Of a stretch of DNA of 64,000 bases, positions 1 to 12,850 are shown piece by piece. Position numbers and translations under genes: made by a program. The stretch lies in contig NC_043004.1 of the NCBI RefSeq assembly GCF_006345805.1, forward strand, positions 13,950,001 through 14,014,000, written 5' to 3'. This stretch comes from Octopus sinensis. Its lineage: Eukaryota. The number at the start of each line of letters is the position of its first letter. The stretch's first letter is position 1. The notes under the pieces are model-generated. The model was not told the origin of the DNA. It made no database searches and saw only the letters and a list, made by a program, of their open reading frames with translations.

Positions 1-119
1 GGCTTTGTTTGGCCCGAGGCTATATAGAAGACACTTGCCCAAGGTGCCACGCAGTGGAACTGAACCCGGAACCACTGGTTGGTAAGCAAGCTACTTACCA
101 CACAGCTACTCCTACGCCT
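1..119 (-). mobile_element. tRNA-derived SINE family 1, 5' part (truncated by window edge)
   Basis: Reverse complement reads taggcgtaggagtagctgtgtggtaagtagcttgcttaccaacc...ggttccgggttcagttccactgcgtggcaccttgggcaagtgtcttc, matching the full copies at 37089, 55080 and 57906. A-box-like and B-box-like motifs are present. Confidence 0.85.
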
Positions 120-1573
120 ATATTTCCCAAATTAATTAGATTAACATTTCGGAATTAAAGTTCGAATAAATTGTGACACTAATCTTTACTTTGATATTGA
201 TATGTTGGTTGTCATAATTATTTTTTAGATGAAGGTCAATTCCGATCACACTTGCAAAGCCTGTGCAGTATGATATTTTATGTGTGACCACCCCGTTTTT
301 TTTCCTTAGAGTATAACGTAACAATGAATACAGCATCTGTTGAATGCTTTCCTTTATGGTGCAGTATGTGGTGTGATGGAGAATTTTGTATTCATTTTTA
401 GAAGCGCTTGTGATGTAGAATTACCCATATTGGATGAAGTGTTTTTCAGTTTTCTACTTATGTTCAAACTGACGTTCCTACATAATGTTATAAATACATA
501 GGTGAATGAGGAATTGTGTGTGACTTCATGTCTCTACTATATTCATCTGAAATGCTTTATCTCCTTCCATTTAGTGAGATTCGGGAAAAAAACATTTACG
601 TGTGTTGAGAAATGCATTTACGCATCTTGCTGCCATTTGGTTGTGAACATTTACAATATTCTGAAATAAATTCGGAACACTTATATCAATTTTCTTTGAA
701 ATAATCCAAGGAGACAATAGATTTTAGAAGTAAAAGATTAGAATTAGGTTTTTGCATAAGATAATCAAAATGCGATGGCATCCACTTTGTTTATATTTTC
801 ATTTTAGACAATTCTTAACATTCTAACGAAAGTTGAACACGATAGGATTAAAATTTGTTCAAATGTCGCTATTTCTAGCATTTGTAGGTATGTTCCATAA
901 TCTGAATGGATGAATTCAACGTAAAGAAACTAAAGAGATTTACAGCATAGTAGCACTTACTTGAAATTTAGATGTGTCTTAGAGAAGAATTTACTTGAAG
1001 TATTGTGATTTATATCAATTGCTTTGTCTGTGTTTTAAAACTACAGACATAATTATCGAAGCATTCTCAAAACCTTACAACATTCATATAATCATCATCT
1101 ACTTAGACTAGTCTCATTCAACTCACGAACTTAGTGATGGAAACTAAGTATTGTTTAGATAATTCTTTTAATGACTCTATTAACTACAATGATAAAACTC
1201 TCTTCCTCTTCTTATCAGCTAGTAGTATGCTGCATATAAGTGTTAAGAATTAATATTTAAGTAATCTGATCTTTTGCAGAATCTCATAGAGTCTCCATCA
1301 TCAGCTGCTTTTTAAGACGCAAAATTCGTCGAAGAGCAAGATAAATAAATGAATACATAAACAAAATAGTGTAACAAATAAATAGAAATTTACGCTAGCA
1401 AAATTATTGAGAAATACATATTATAGAGCCAGCATAGAGAAATACCAGTGTAAACAAAACAAGCAAAATGTGTACTTCTGTTGTAGATCTTGCTGATCTG
1501 TATTGATTTCTCATATAAAGTAATATTAGTGATCAAAAACATACAAAAACCTATGTTGTTCTTCCTTTATATA

Positions 1574-1658
<85 letters not shown>

Positions 1659-1953
1659 TGTGTCTGTGTCTGTGTTTGTGTATGTGTTTGTGTGTGTGTA
1701 GTTTACTGTTTTGTGTAGGTAAGATCAACAAATAAGTATTCCATCCAGTGAGAGATAAATATCCTTTAATGTGCACTGTAATAAAATATGAGCTTAAGAG
1801 CCACCAATGGTTTCTTGCTAATAGGACACGATGTTAGCCAGAGATTTTTCTTGTTTGTAGCAAAAGTAAGCATTCATATTTCATTTGGCAAACTCGAGAA
1901 CACCACCCCCTCTGGATTCAACAGTAGTCTCACAGAATTGGTCTCCGTTGAAT

Positions 1954-2409
1954 TACTGTAAATCCTCGAGTATAATCCGCATTTCCCCCCAAAATTTAAA
2001 GGTCAAAATCCATAGTGCGTATTATATAGGAGATTAAAAATGAAAATTATTTTCTAAGCAATGTTTATTCAGAAGCATTTTGTGATGTCGAGCGCGAAAA
2101 TGCCTTAAATCATCCATAACTTGCAGTAAGCAACATTTATTAAACGTTATTACTGTTATTTCTTTATTTTCTGCAAACAAAATGCACAAAAAATGTTACA
2201 CGTTTACCTTATGTTATATATACAATAATAATATGGTACGTTACCGTATACATTTTTTACAAACCAAGGACGTTATATAGACCTTCTTGCCTCAAGTTAG
2301 AGAAGGGGTGCGTATTATACTCAAGGTTTAGGTTTTTCAGAGGTACAGCTCCCTAAAAGTCCCCTGCGTATTATACTCAAGGGCGGACTATACTCCAGGA
2401 TTTACGATA
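1954..2409. mobile_element. pogo/Tc2-like non-autonomous DNA transposon (MITE)
   Basis: TA-bounded ~27-bp imperfect TIRs: tactgtaaatcctcgagtataatccgc (1954-1980) and gcggactatactccaggatttacgata (2383-2409). Internal repeated tgcgtattata motif occurs three times. No ORF. Confidence 0.75.
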
Positions 2410-2627
2410 TTCTGTAACAATTAGTTTAATTATGATTTCTACTGGGCGTTACTCTAACTTTCCGTTATTTTTCCGTTTTTATTCACTCTTATTCTTCCCA
2501 TTTTACTTTTTACATCAGCAGTTTCCTCGGTTTTTTTCTCTCTCGTGCTTCCTCATAAACCAGATTTTCAAATAGAACAAACCACTTACTCAGAGCCCGA
2601 AAGTCACTTGGAGACACTGTTTTGCTT

Positions 2628-2660
<33 letters not shown>

Positions 2661-2768
2661 AATATATGTGTAAGCAAAACATATATATATATATATATAC
2701 TTCTGTGGTACAGAAGTATTTTTGACGTCTATTTTTAGCGATGTAGTTCTTCATGTGGTTCCTTCATG

Positions 2769-2828
<60 letters not shown>

Positions 2829-3114
2829 TAAGCAATAAAGGGTTTAGCAACGAATTGCCTTACCACATACCGAATTTAGAAATAGCAGTCAAAGATTTAT
2901 AGCTATTTCTTCTACTAAAAAGGGAGATCTCAGTAAAAACAGCAATTGGAAGGCAGACACAAACAGGTAAGAGAGAATGAATTGACGGCAATCTATCATA
3001 CATTTTTAAGTTATCTACGGACGTACGTTTCGAAATCAAGTTTACATGCCGAAGACTACTTGGTGTAATTGATAATTATTCCAAATTAATTAATTTCACC
3101 CTTCATTATTACGG

Positions 3115-3145
<31 letters not shown>

Positions 3146-3252
3146 ATATAATATATATATAAAATATTATTAGAGACAAAACCACTATTTGCAAAACAAC
3201 AAGGAAAGACTTAATCAATACATAAAATTTTAATAAATAGTCAAACAAACCG

Positions 3253-3295
3253 CCACTACAATCGTTTCTTGTCTTGATCGACAATCTTCAGGTGG
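3253..3295 (-). ncRNA. Minimal type-I hammerhead ribozyme motif (family A, inverted copy)
   Basis: Exact reverse complement of 3362-3404. Confidence 0.8.
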
Positions 3296-3361
3296 ACTTC
3301 CAATAATTCAGTGTCAAATTATGAATTTCACTTCATAATTTGACACTGAATTATTGGAAGT

Positions 3362-3404
3362 CCACCTGAAGATTGTCGATCAAGACAAGAAACGATTGTA
3401 GTGG
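3362..3404 (+). ncRNA. Minimal type-I hammerhead ribozyme motif (family A)
   Basis: ccac-CTGAAGA-ttgtc(gatcaa)gacaa-GAAAC-gatt-GTA-gtgg: 4-bp helix I, 5-bp helix II, GUA triplet. Helix III ACGATTGT is self-complementary with two G-U pairs. Predicted cleavage after 3400. Confidence 0.8.
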
Positions 3405-3575
3405 CGGTTTTTTTGACTATTTATTAAAATTTTATGTATTGATTAAGTCTTTCCTTGTTTGTTTTGCAAAATAGTGGTTTTGTCTCTAATAATATTTTAT
3501 AATATTTTACTATAAAATCGATTTAATCCTAAATCTGATTTTTTTCCCTGTAAATTTGGATTTATTCCCTAATAT

Positions 3576-3632
<57 letters not shown>

Positions 3633-3635
3633 ATA

Positions 3636-4187
3636 AAGATTGTCAAAAGCAAAAAGTAAATCTTTGTATAAGCTTTGTTGTGTTGAGTACTGGTTATAAG
3701 TATTAAAATGCAATTATACATTCTTTGATAATGATAAGAAAATATTAAAAACAGTTTACAAGAAAGTATTTAAGAAAGTATTCAGAACGGGACTACAATA
3801 AGTATTATGAGTTCAATTAAAATCAAGTTTGTTTGGTAGGGGATATATTTAAGAATTTACAAAAAATTGGAGAGGAATAACTGACCTGTCTCTCTGACAT
3901 TTTCTGACAAATCAGAGAATATCAGACTGGTCTAATTTTTTGTAAATTCTTAAATATATCTCTGTGTATATATATATACTACCAAACAAACATGATTTTT
4001 ATTGAACTCATAATAATTACTGTAGTCCCGTTCTGAATACTTTCTTGAATACTTCCTTGTAAACTGTTTTTAACATTTTCTTATCATTATCAAAGAAAGT
4101 ATAACTGTATTTTAATACTTTTGTGATAACCAGTACTCAACACAACAATGCTTATACACAGCTTTACCTTTTGCTTTTGACAATCTT
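3636..4187. repeat. Imperfect foldback, ~230-250-bp arms
   Basis: 3636-3868 is the reverse complement of 3934-4187 (roughly 85-90% identity by eye; a short TA insertion in the right arm). Flanked by (TA)n and (CA)n tracts. Confidence 0.85.
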
Positions 4188-4349
4188 TTTCTAAAAAAGT
4201 GAAACCGCTTAAGTCAATAAACATCTTTAAAATTGCATTTTCAAAACTTCTTTCATATATATTTTCACTTGTGTGCAACATTACAAATTTACTTTGTTTT
4301 ATATATATATAAATACATGCGCACACATACACACACACACACACTCACT

Positions 4350-4438
<89 letters not shown>

Positions 4439-5324
4439 CATACATATATATATATAAATATATCTTATATGTATATATTTTATTAATTTTCCTTTACGTG
4501 TGTGGCACCTGACTTAAAATGTATGCCCTTGGGTCGATTTCTTCGACTAAAAGATGGTGCTCCGGAATGGCGGCTGTCGAATGACTAAAACAAGTAAAAG
4601 AATAAAAGAATATATATATATCGAAAGAGAGAGAAGGAAGAGGATATAGAATATGTGATGGATAAAGATTACATATTTTGATTCTGTGGATTTACAGTTC
4701 TGTGTTAAAATAACCGAATAATACAATTTTTAATATGCTGATAATACCGAAAATTTACAGTTTTCTCCAATATCAATTTAGTGATTACTCAACAAAAATG
4801 CTTTAACTTATAAATAACCTTCTTAACCAAATACCAACTGCATCTAAATACCTGTGAGAGAGGAAGGGAGACAACTACCACCAACCTTACTGCAACTGTT
4901 TCTGCTACGTGTCAGATGAATACAACCATGTCTACTATAGTCATTAGGATTACTGTTGTTGGTGCTCCTACCACTTATCCCCCCCCCCTACTGTTTCTAC
5001 AACTAATAGCCAGACATGTTTCTGCTACTGATAGGATGATCAAACAATAATCAAAAGGAAACGAAATTTCAGCACTATGTGATTTTGTGAGAACAAAAAT
5101 GGGAATATCCAGAACTGATATCACGAAAGATTAATTTATTTCATTTTATTATAAATTATTTCCCATTTTATTTCAAAATGGGTAAATTGTCTTGTTTAAA
5201 GATCGAAAGCAGTTGCATATTTTTGTTAAAAATGTATAAACGTTCCTTCTTTTATCCTTCATGATAAAATTCTGGAAGAATGTTTTTCTTCCTCTCCCTC
5301 CTTCTCTGTCTCTTTATCTGTCTA

Positions 5325-5343
5325 TCTGTCTGTCTATATACCC

Positions 5344-5432
<89 letters not shown>

Positions 5433-5433
5433 C

Positions 5434-5481
<48 letters not shown>

Positions 5482-5510
5482 AAAGTATATATATATATAT
5501 ATATATATAT
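5325..5510. repeat. (ATCT)n followed by (TA)n microsatellite
   Basis: Direct reading. Similar (ATCT)n/(GTCT)n tracts occur at 8912-9285, 13920-14132 and 20593-20880. Confidence 0.95.
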
Positions 5511-7069
5511 GATATGTTAGTATGTGTGTGTGTGCGTGTGCGCCTGTATGTATATTCATTCATTTATTCATCATGTTCAAAATCTATGCGAACAGAATTC
5601 GCTTGATACACAATACCTCTTACTAAACCAACATCTATGTGATGTTTAACCTGAATAAAATTCTCCTGTACAATAGTAGGGGTTCCTTAAATAAACAGTG
5701 GGGCAGCTACAAGTAATCACCAAAATGAATAAATCTCACGCAACCTAAAGTGAAAGTAGGCAACAGATGCTTTATCGCGCATGCGTATTGCCTGAATGTT
5801 AAGATTGTATGGTCACCGTTTAACGATGTCAGATATACTCACACGCTGTCATGTGGTTTTAGAGCTATAAGTCAACAACGTTAATAGATCTCGGCTACCT
5901 TGAAATAATAATCATATCCTTCTCATATCCTTGTGTCCTTTTAAAATACAAAGGAGTCTGGGTAATATGAGTTCTATCTGTACAATGTCTGAGAGAAAAA
6001 CGAAATGTCCACGGCTTGAATGTTTTTGATCATAATGTGTCTTCGTCAGGGATGAATAGGGACTAAGGAACAGCTATAACAGCACCAGATATTATATTCC
6101 GTACACTATCCTGTAATACATCTAGACAGATCATCCGTAATTCTTCCTTGAATCATTAGGTGTTTCAGGTCTTTTAACAATCAGATAAAATTACCCAGGT
6201 GGCCTCATCTTGATGACAGTTAATACTGCTCTAGTTAGCACTTCTTTAAGAACTCACATACCTTGAGCCATAACCCCCAAAAAGTTATTGTGCTCTTTGC
6301 ACTGCGATGTTAACGGCCCTCTGCATACTGGTCTATGTCAAGCGCAGCATGTTGAAGAGTCTATAAAAGAACTCGCTTGCACTGTCCCAATGGCATCACA
6401 CCTTAGTTGCTGCCCATTGTTTCGACGTATCTCCTCCAAATCAGTGTCTTGAAGTTGAAACAAATTCACACCAGCGAAAAGGCAATAGCATAATTTCGCT
6501 CAGTTAGGTAGAGAAAAGTCATTACTATATCTAGCTTTAACACTTAGCACTTAGAAGCAAAATTACACACACAAAACAGAAAAAAGTAACAGAAATAAAA
6601 ACAATAACCGACAAATGATAGTATCGTTTGAATACCTGTGATATATATGTCTCGGTTTTAGAGAGAAAGAAATTATCAGCTGATGTAATGTAATTTTCAA
6701 CCAACACTTCAATATTCATCACACTATTGGTAATTATTCAATATTTCAGTAGTCAAGTGTTCTTGTTTTTATTTTTATTTTTATTTTATATATTTTTATA
6801 TATTTTTCAAAAATAACCGTTTGAACATTAACAGACTTTGAAGTTGCTGAATTCTATCGGCAATAACAAAATAGCATAGAAATATTTATGAAGTATCATT
6901 TTCGTGATCTCGCTATATCGTTAGTCACTTAATTTGCTGTCGTTTGTTTAAAAACGTAGCAATACATTCCTGCATTATACATGTATGTATATATATAGAT
7001 GCACACACACACACTCACATATATACATATATGTATGTACGTATATATATATATATATATATAATATAT

Positions 7070-7105
<36 letters not shown>

Positions 7106-8910
7106 CATATGCGTGTGTCTGTGTCTGTGTTCATGCATTTATACTTACGTTTATATGTAAAGTGAGTGTTTGTGCGTATATGTGTGTTTGTGTGTGTACG
7201 TATGGGGGAAATGTCACAAGTAGCTGTATAATAGTCAAGAGTAAGTTAATATAGAGTGATAGAAAGAAGAAATGAAAGTAAGAAGGAAAATATTGACAGA
7301 AATTTTGAAATATTAGGAAGGCAAGTAAAAGGATACAATATTTCTACATATAATGATGGTGTAATAAACGGCGAAAACTTGGATATATGTATAAATACAT
7401 GACAGAAAATGTCACGAGTAAACGAGATACTCTAATATTACATTACGGACTGCCCTGTTGAAATCAAGATCAGTAGTTTATATAGAAATATTGGACACCT
7501 AAACACTGTCATTATACGTAAAATGTATAGCAGTTTCGCTGGCCATAACTCTGACTTAAATGACAAATTATCTGAAACGTAAGATAAATGCTGAGAGGAG
7601 AGAGCTGAGTGTAGTCTAATAGGTTAGAAAGAGGGACAGTGATCTGTAATTTCAAAACTTTTATTTTCGTACAAAATACGAGAAGCTAGAACGCTCCAAT
7701 TCCCAGCGGTTGACAAACTATTTATTGAAATATAAATGTTATTAGCATAAGGACATTACTCAGCAATAACTAGAATGATAGTGGCAAAGAATTCTAAGTT
7801 AAAACAAGTAAACCCAGAATGGCCTAAGTCGTAAAGTTATGAGTTTCTCTTATAAATAAATGCATTTGAAAATCTTTATGCATGTGACATTTTGCAACTT
7901 ATCGTTCAGTGCTATAAAAGCAATCCGAGAGAACGGTGCACTTATAACCGATACTATGGTAATGTATATTCTTTCATGCTTGTAATGATCTCATGGATGG
8001 CATAAATTTCGCAAGTCTCACCTCTAATATAATAGCAGAAATCTTCCGTGTATAATCAAAAATAAATTTATGTTTGCCGGTATGAAAATTATGTTCTATA
8101 AACGGAAAGAATCTAATAATCAGGATATGGTTTGTAAATGTTTGCGTATTGTTATTCATAATATCTCAATAGTTGCGAGGATTGTAGATCGACAAAATCT
8201 GTTGAACAACAAATAAAATACCTTTGCAATATATGAATGCTCTGGGTTCAAACATCACGGAAGTAACATACAACTATTTTAATTACGGGATCGATAAATG
8301 CAATTACCAATCACATGCTACAACCTCTTCAACCTTTTCTCCGCGAAATTAAATTTCATGGTTATTCTAGTAATGATGTTAAATATCAACGAAAAGGAAA
8401 AAATCAAAAAAATACCCAGAAAGCCCCAATAGAATTGGTATTTTCTGCCTCAATAAACTTGACAAAATCTCAACAGAAAATAGTTTGAAACATGACATTC
8501 CTCAATAAAAGATAAATTTGTATATAAAATTGCTTTCCGCAATTAATGGTAATGAAATTTTGATTGGATATATCTGCTTTCGGCTGTACAAGAGTTAAAC
8601 AAAATACACTCATTTCTCCCAACAACATGCATTTGAGAAAATGCATTGTGGTATACCCTCCAGTGCTTTACTTTCTTATTTCAATCCCCACACTGATGAA
8701 CTTTGCTTCTCCTCCTTCAAGGATCGATAAAATAAAGTACTATTTAAGAAGGGAATTCGGTTAATTCGGTCTAACACTCCTCTCAACTGTGTAGTCTTGT
8801 GACTAAGTATTTTCAACATCCCATTGCTACATCTCCGAAAGGAATTAAACAGATAATTAAGTACGACACTCATTTCATAACATATTATAAAACCATGTTA
8901 TCCAACACAC

Positions 8911-8968
<58 letters not shown>

Positions 8969-8969
8969 A

Positions 8970-9093
<124 letters not shown>

Positions 9094-9171
9094 ATCTATC
9101 TTTCTGGCTGTCTGTCTGTCTATCTATCTATCTATCTGTCTATATATCTATCTATCTACCAATCTATCTAC

Positions 9172-9221
<50 letters not shown>

Positions 9222-9526
9222 GTCTATCTGTATGTCTGTCAATCTGTCTGTCTGTCTCTCTACCTGTCTGTCTGTCTATCTATCTATTATAAGAATTTAT
9301 AAACTTCCGACAGAATATGTTTTTGGAACTGAATTTCGAAGTAGATCTAAAAGTCATAGTTTCAAATTTTGGCACAGGGCCAGCAGTTTTTGCGGAGAGG
9401 CAGAAATGGATTGTAATTATATCGACCCTAGTACTTGATTCTTTTATTCGTTTCAACAAGAGAATGTTACCATGTTTAGGCACTGCCATATATGTGTATG
9501 CGTGTGTGCATGTGTACATATATATA

Positions 9527-9574
<48 letters not shown>

Positions 9575-9912
9575 TTATATATGTTTATATATGTATGTAT
9601 ATATATGTACTTATATATGTTTATATATGTATGTATATATATATGTACATATATATATATATATACACGTATATATGTACATATAAATTTATATATGAAC
9701 ACACACACACACATATGTATATATGTACATATAAATATATATGACCACTTTTTTCAGGAAGTTCTATCCTATTTATGCTATTCAGCAATATTATGCGTTT
9801 CAGAATAAAATATTTTCATGTCTTTTTGTTTCAATACATCTCAGCGCTTCTATAAAAGCAAGACTTGTTTGTTTACATATATCGTAATTCATATATATAC
9901 ATATACATATAA

Positions 9913-9991
<79 letters not shown>

Positions 9992-10209
9992 CATATATAT
10001 ATATACACACATATATATATATACATAATACATAAGTACATACATGCATACATACACACACACACATATATATATATATATACATATATAGATAGATAGA
10101 TATAGATATATATAAAATTTACTTGGAAAAGGATGCGTGGAGTTCGATCATATAATAATATACATAATATATAAATATATGCATATATACATACATATAT
10201 GTACATACC

Positions 10210-10259
<50 letters not shown>

Positions 10260-10832
10260 TATATGGGTACAGGACATCAAAAATTCTAATTTTTGGCACA
10301 GTGCTAGCAATTTTGAAGGGAGGTGAAAATCGATTACATGGACACCATTACTTGATTGATAATTATTTTATCGACTTCGAAATGATAAAAAGTTAAAAAA
10401 AATCAACGTCAGCAGAATTTGAACTCGAGACACAAAGATCTTGAAGAAATATTATCAAGTATTTCGTCAGACATGGAAAGGATTTTTAGATGATAATCCT
10501 TTCTAATATTTGTTACAACCTGAGCAATTTTGCGGGGAAGGGAACTGCTTACATAAAATCTAGTGCTCAGTCTTTATTTGTTTTATCGTCCCCCAAATGA
10601 TGGAAACCAAAATTGAGAATAGCGGAATTTGAACTTGGAAAAGCAAACAGTTGGAAGAAACGCTGTTAAGTATATTATCCAATACCCTAACGATTCTGCC
10701 ACACTTTTGCCTTTTTGCAGATTATAAATACATCAGAAAATTTAGTTATAATTCTATTCTGTTTTTATTTTTGATCATGTTGGACTTCCCAAGTTATTTC
10801 TGAGATGAAATATGAGAAGAGTATTTGATTCT

Positions 10833-10895
<63 letters not shown>

Positions 10896-11106
10896 TGAAA
10901 TAGAAAGATGAATAATCTTGTTGCAGATTAATCAAAAGTTTAACCGATACCTTGGTAGCAAAAATCACAGCAGAAGACAGCACGGTTGGAGGTACAACCA
11001 TATGGTGTTGCAACCATGCGTTGGTGCGGATAATTGAATTTTAATACTATTAGTGAATTGAAGAAATGGAGTTGAACGAAGATTGAACAGAAATCGTTTT
11101 ATTGCA

Positions 11107-11186
11107 TTCTACACGTGTTTCGAAAGCCACAATTTACCAAATTCCGATTGAATAAGGAGACCATATTGTGTCTTTCTCTTCAGGAA
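11107..11186 (-). ncRNA. Minimal type-I hammerhead ribozyme motif (family B, inverted copy)
   Basis: Exact reverse complement of 11361-11440. Confidence 0.85.
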
Positions 11187-11360
11187 GAAATAGGAAATCC
11201 GTTGGAAAAAACAAAAACAGAACAGAGGCGGAGTAAAACAAATCGAACGAGGCTCCTAAGAGCCCATGGCCAAACTCTTAGGAGCTCTTAGGAGCCTCGT
11301 TCGATTTGTTTTACTCCGCCTCTGTGCTGTTTTTGTTTTTTCCAACGGATTTCCTATTTC

Positions 11361-11440
11361 TTCCTGAAGAGAAAGACACAATATGGTCTCCTTATTCAAT
11401 CGGAATTTGGTAAATTGTGGCTTTCGAAACACGTGTAGAA
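11361..11440 (+). ncRNA. Minimal type-I hammerhead ribozyme motif (family B)
   Basis: ttc-CTGAAGA-gaaag.a.cacaat(31 nt)attgtg.g.ctttc-GAAAC-acgt-GTA-gaa: intact core, G10.1-C11.1 pair, 11-bp interrupted helix II, perfectly palindromic helix III ACACGTGT. Predicted cleavage after 11437. Confidence 0.85.
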
Positions 11441-11520
11441 TGCAATAAAACGATTTCTGTTCAATCTTCGTTCAACTCCATTTCTTCAATTCACTAATAT
11501 ATATATATATTATATATATA

Positions 11521-11564
<44 letters not shown>

Positions 11565-11639
11565 ATGTATTTACAAGATTATAATCTTTCTTATCTTTTA
11601 ATGTTTCAAGTTTCTGAGAATGAAACATTGGTTTAAAAT

Positions 11640-11842
11640 TTTGGCAAGGGGGAGGGTAAATAAACTTGGAGGAGATATAAATCAATTACATTGATCCCAG
11701 TGCGCAACTGGTACTTATTTTATTGACCACGAAAGGATGAAAGGCAAAGTTGAAACGGTGGAATTTGAACTCAGAACGTAAAGACAGACGAAGCGCCTCT
11801 AAGCATTTTTCCCGACATGTTAACGACTCTACCAGCTTGCCG
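11640..11842 (-). mobile_element. tRNA-derived SINE family 2
   Basis: Minus strand reads cggcaagctggtagagtcgttaac...ttacgttctgagttcaaattcc...ctttgcctttcatcctttcg...aagtaccagttgcgcactgggatc, with tRNA A- and B-box-like motifs. Related degenerate copies at about 9375-9440, 10290-10710, 15850-16030, 41250-41470, 46155-46575 and 49132-49720. Confidence 0.8.
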
Positions 11843-12499
11843 ACTTAACTCTCAGAGAAATACCACCATTATCACCAGCTGGCTCTTGGTTGCTTTTGTT
11901 AGAGTCCGTTACATCGCAAGCATTGAACGTGAGTCTACGCTCTAAGCTTAATTTCGTCAATTCCTCATATTTTTAAAATCATCATCGGCGTCACAATTCC
12001 TTCTTGAAATAAGCGATAAAAATTCAAAGAAACAAACACACCAAGGAATCTTTAATGAACTTCAGTATTATAAATCAATAACAGAATAGTTTAATTAATT
12101 ATCCAGTTTACATGGATCTGCAAAAATGTATAAAATTCATGCCTAAAAGATCTTAAATATGCAATATTGTTTCCGCTTTGTGCTTGAAAACTAATAAGGA
12201 ATATGGTTAAGCTTCAGTCATTTCCAATTCCAAGTGTGAGGAAAATGGGAAGAAAATCAGAAACGGTAACTGTAAACAAGGGAGGTGCAAACAAATGGTT
12301 TGGGGTAAAATAAATTTGAACAGGAACTCAGTCTCGTGAATATTACGCGATTTTATGGAATATTAACCTAATCCAAATGCCAGTGGCATCTTTGAATAAA
12401 TGCTTAAGCACGACTCCTGCTGAAATGGTTTCCGTCCAGGCACATAATGTGCATGGTGCAATTTCTATCTAGTCACATCTTGACAATTTTCGTGCTGCG

Positions 12500-12502
<3 letters not shown>

Positions 12503-12551
<49 letters not shown>

Positions 12552-12714
12552 TAATAATAATGATGATGATAAAATGAAAATAATAATAATAATAACAATA
12601 ATAATAATAATAATAATAATGGTGGTGGTGGTAGTGGTAGTGATGATGATAACGATAAAAATAATAATAATGGCAGTAGTACTGGTATTATTATTGTTAT
12701 TATTATTATTATTA

Positions 12715-12763
<49 letters not shown>

Positions 12764-12850
12764 CATCATCATCATCAACATCATCACTATTAGTAGTAGT
12801 AATAGTAGTAGTAGTAGTAGTAGTAGTAGTCGTAATGATGATGATAATGG
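12503..12850. repeat. Compound trinucleotide microsatellite (AAT/GAT/GGT/TTA/CAT/TAG)
   Basis: Direct reading. Explains the poly-I/L/V ORFs at 12473-12928. Confidence 0.95.

Larger units (their letters stand above)
3159..3500. repeat. Near-perfect ~340-bp palindrome (~168-bp arms, 6-nt loop) carrying two hammerhead motifs; Penelope pLTR-like
   Basis: 3159-3325 is the reverse complement of 3332-3500 with one substitution and one 1-nt indel; loop tttcac at 3326-3331. Left end abuts (TA)n. Confidence 0.95.
11048..11499. repeat. Near-perfect ~450-bp palindrome (216-bp arms, 20-nt spacer) carrying two hammerhead motifs; Penelope pLTR-like
   Basis: 11048-11263 is the reverse complement of 11284-11499 with one mismatch. 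The spacer contains a tandem duplication of ctcttaggag. Right end abuts (TA)n. Confidence 0.95.

Noticed and set aside
229-445. Apparent mini-exons with AG/GT signals (ttag|ATGAAGG...GCA|gtatga)
   Set aside because: Implied introns are only ~36-42 nt and there is no coherent or recognisable product.
1273-1345. Possible terminal exon (ttttgcag|...IISCFLRRKIRRRAR*) followed by AATAAA
   Set aside because: Very short, no upstream exon or homology; such signals are common by chance in AT-rich DNA.
2895-2938. Minus-strand ctgaga...gaaatagctata with palindrome ATAGCTAT
   Set aside because: Core is one base short and helix II does not pair; at best a heavily decayed motif.
3020-3031. Minus-strand GAAACGTACGTC (palindromic helix III plus GUC)
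   Set aside because: No CUGANGA or helix I partner upstream; orphan half motif.
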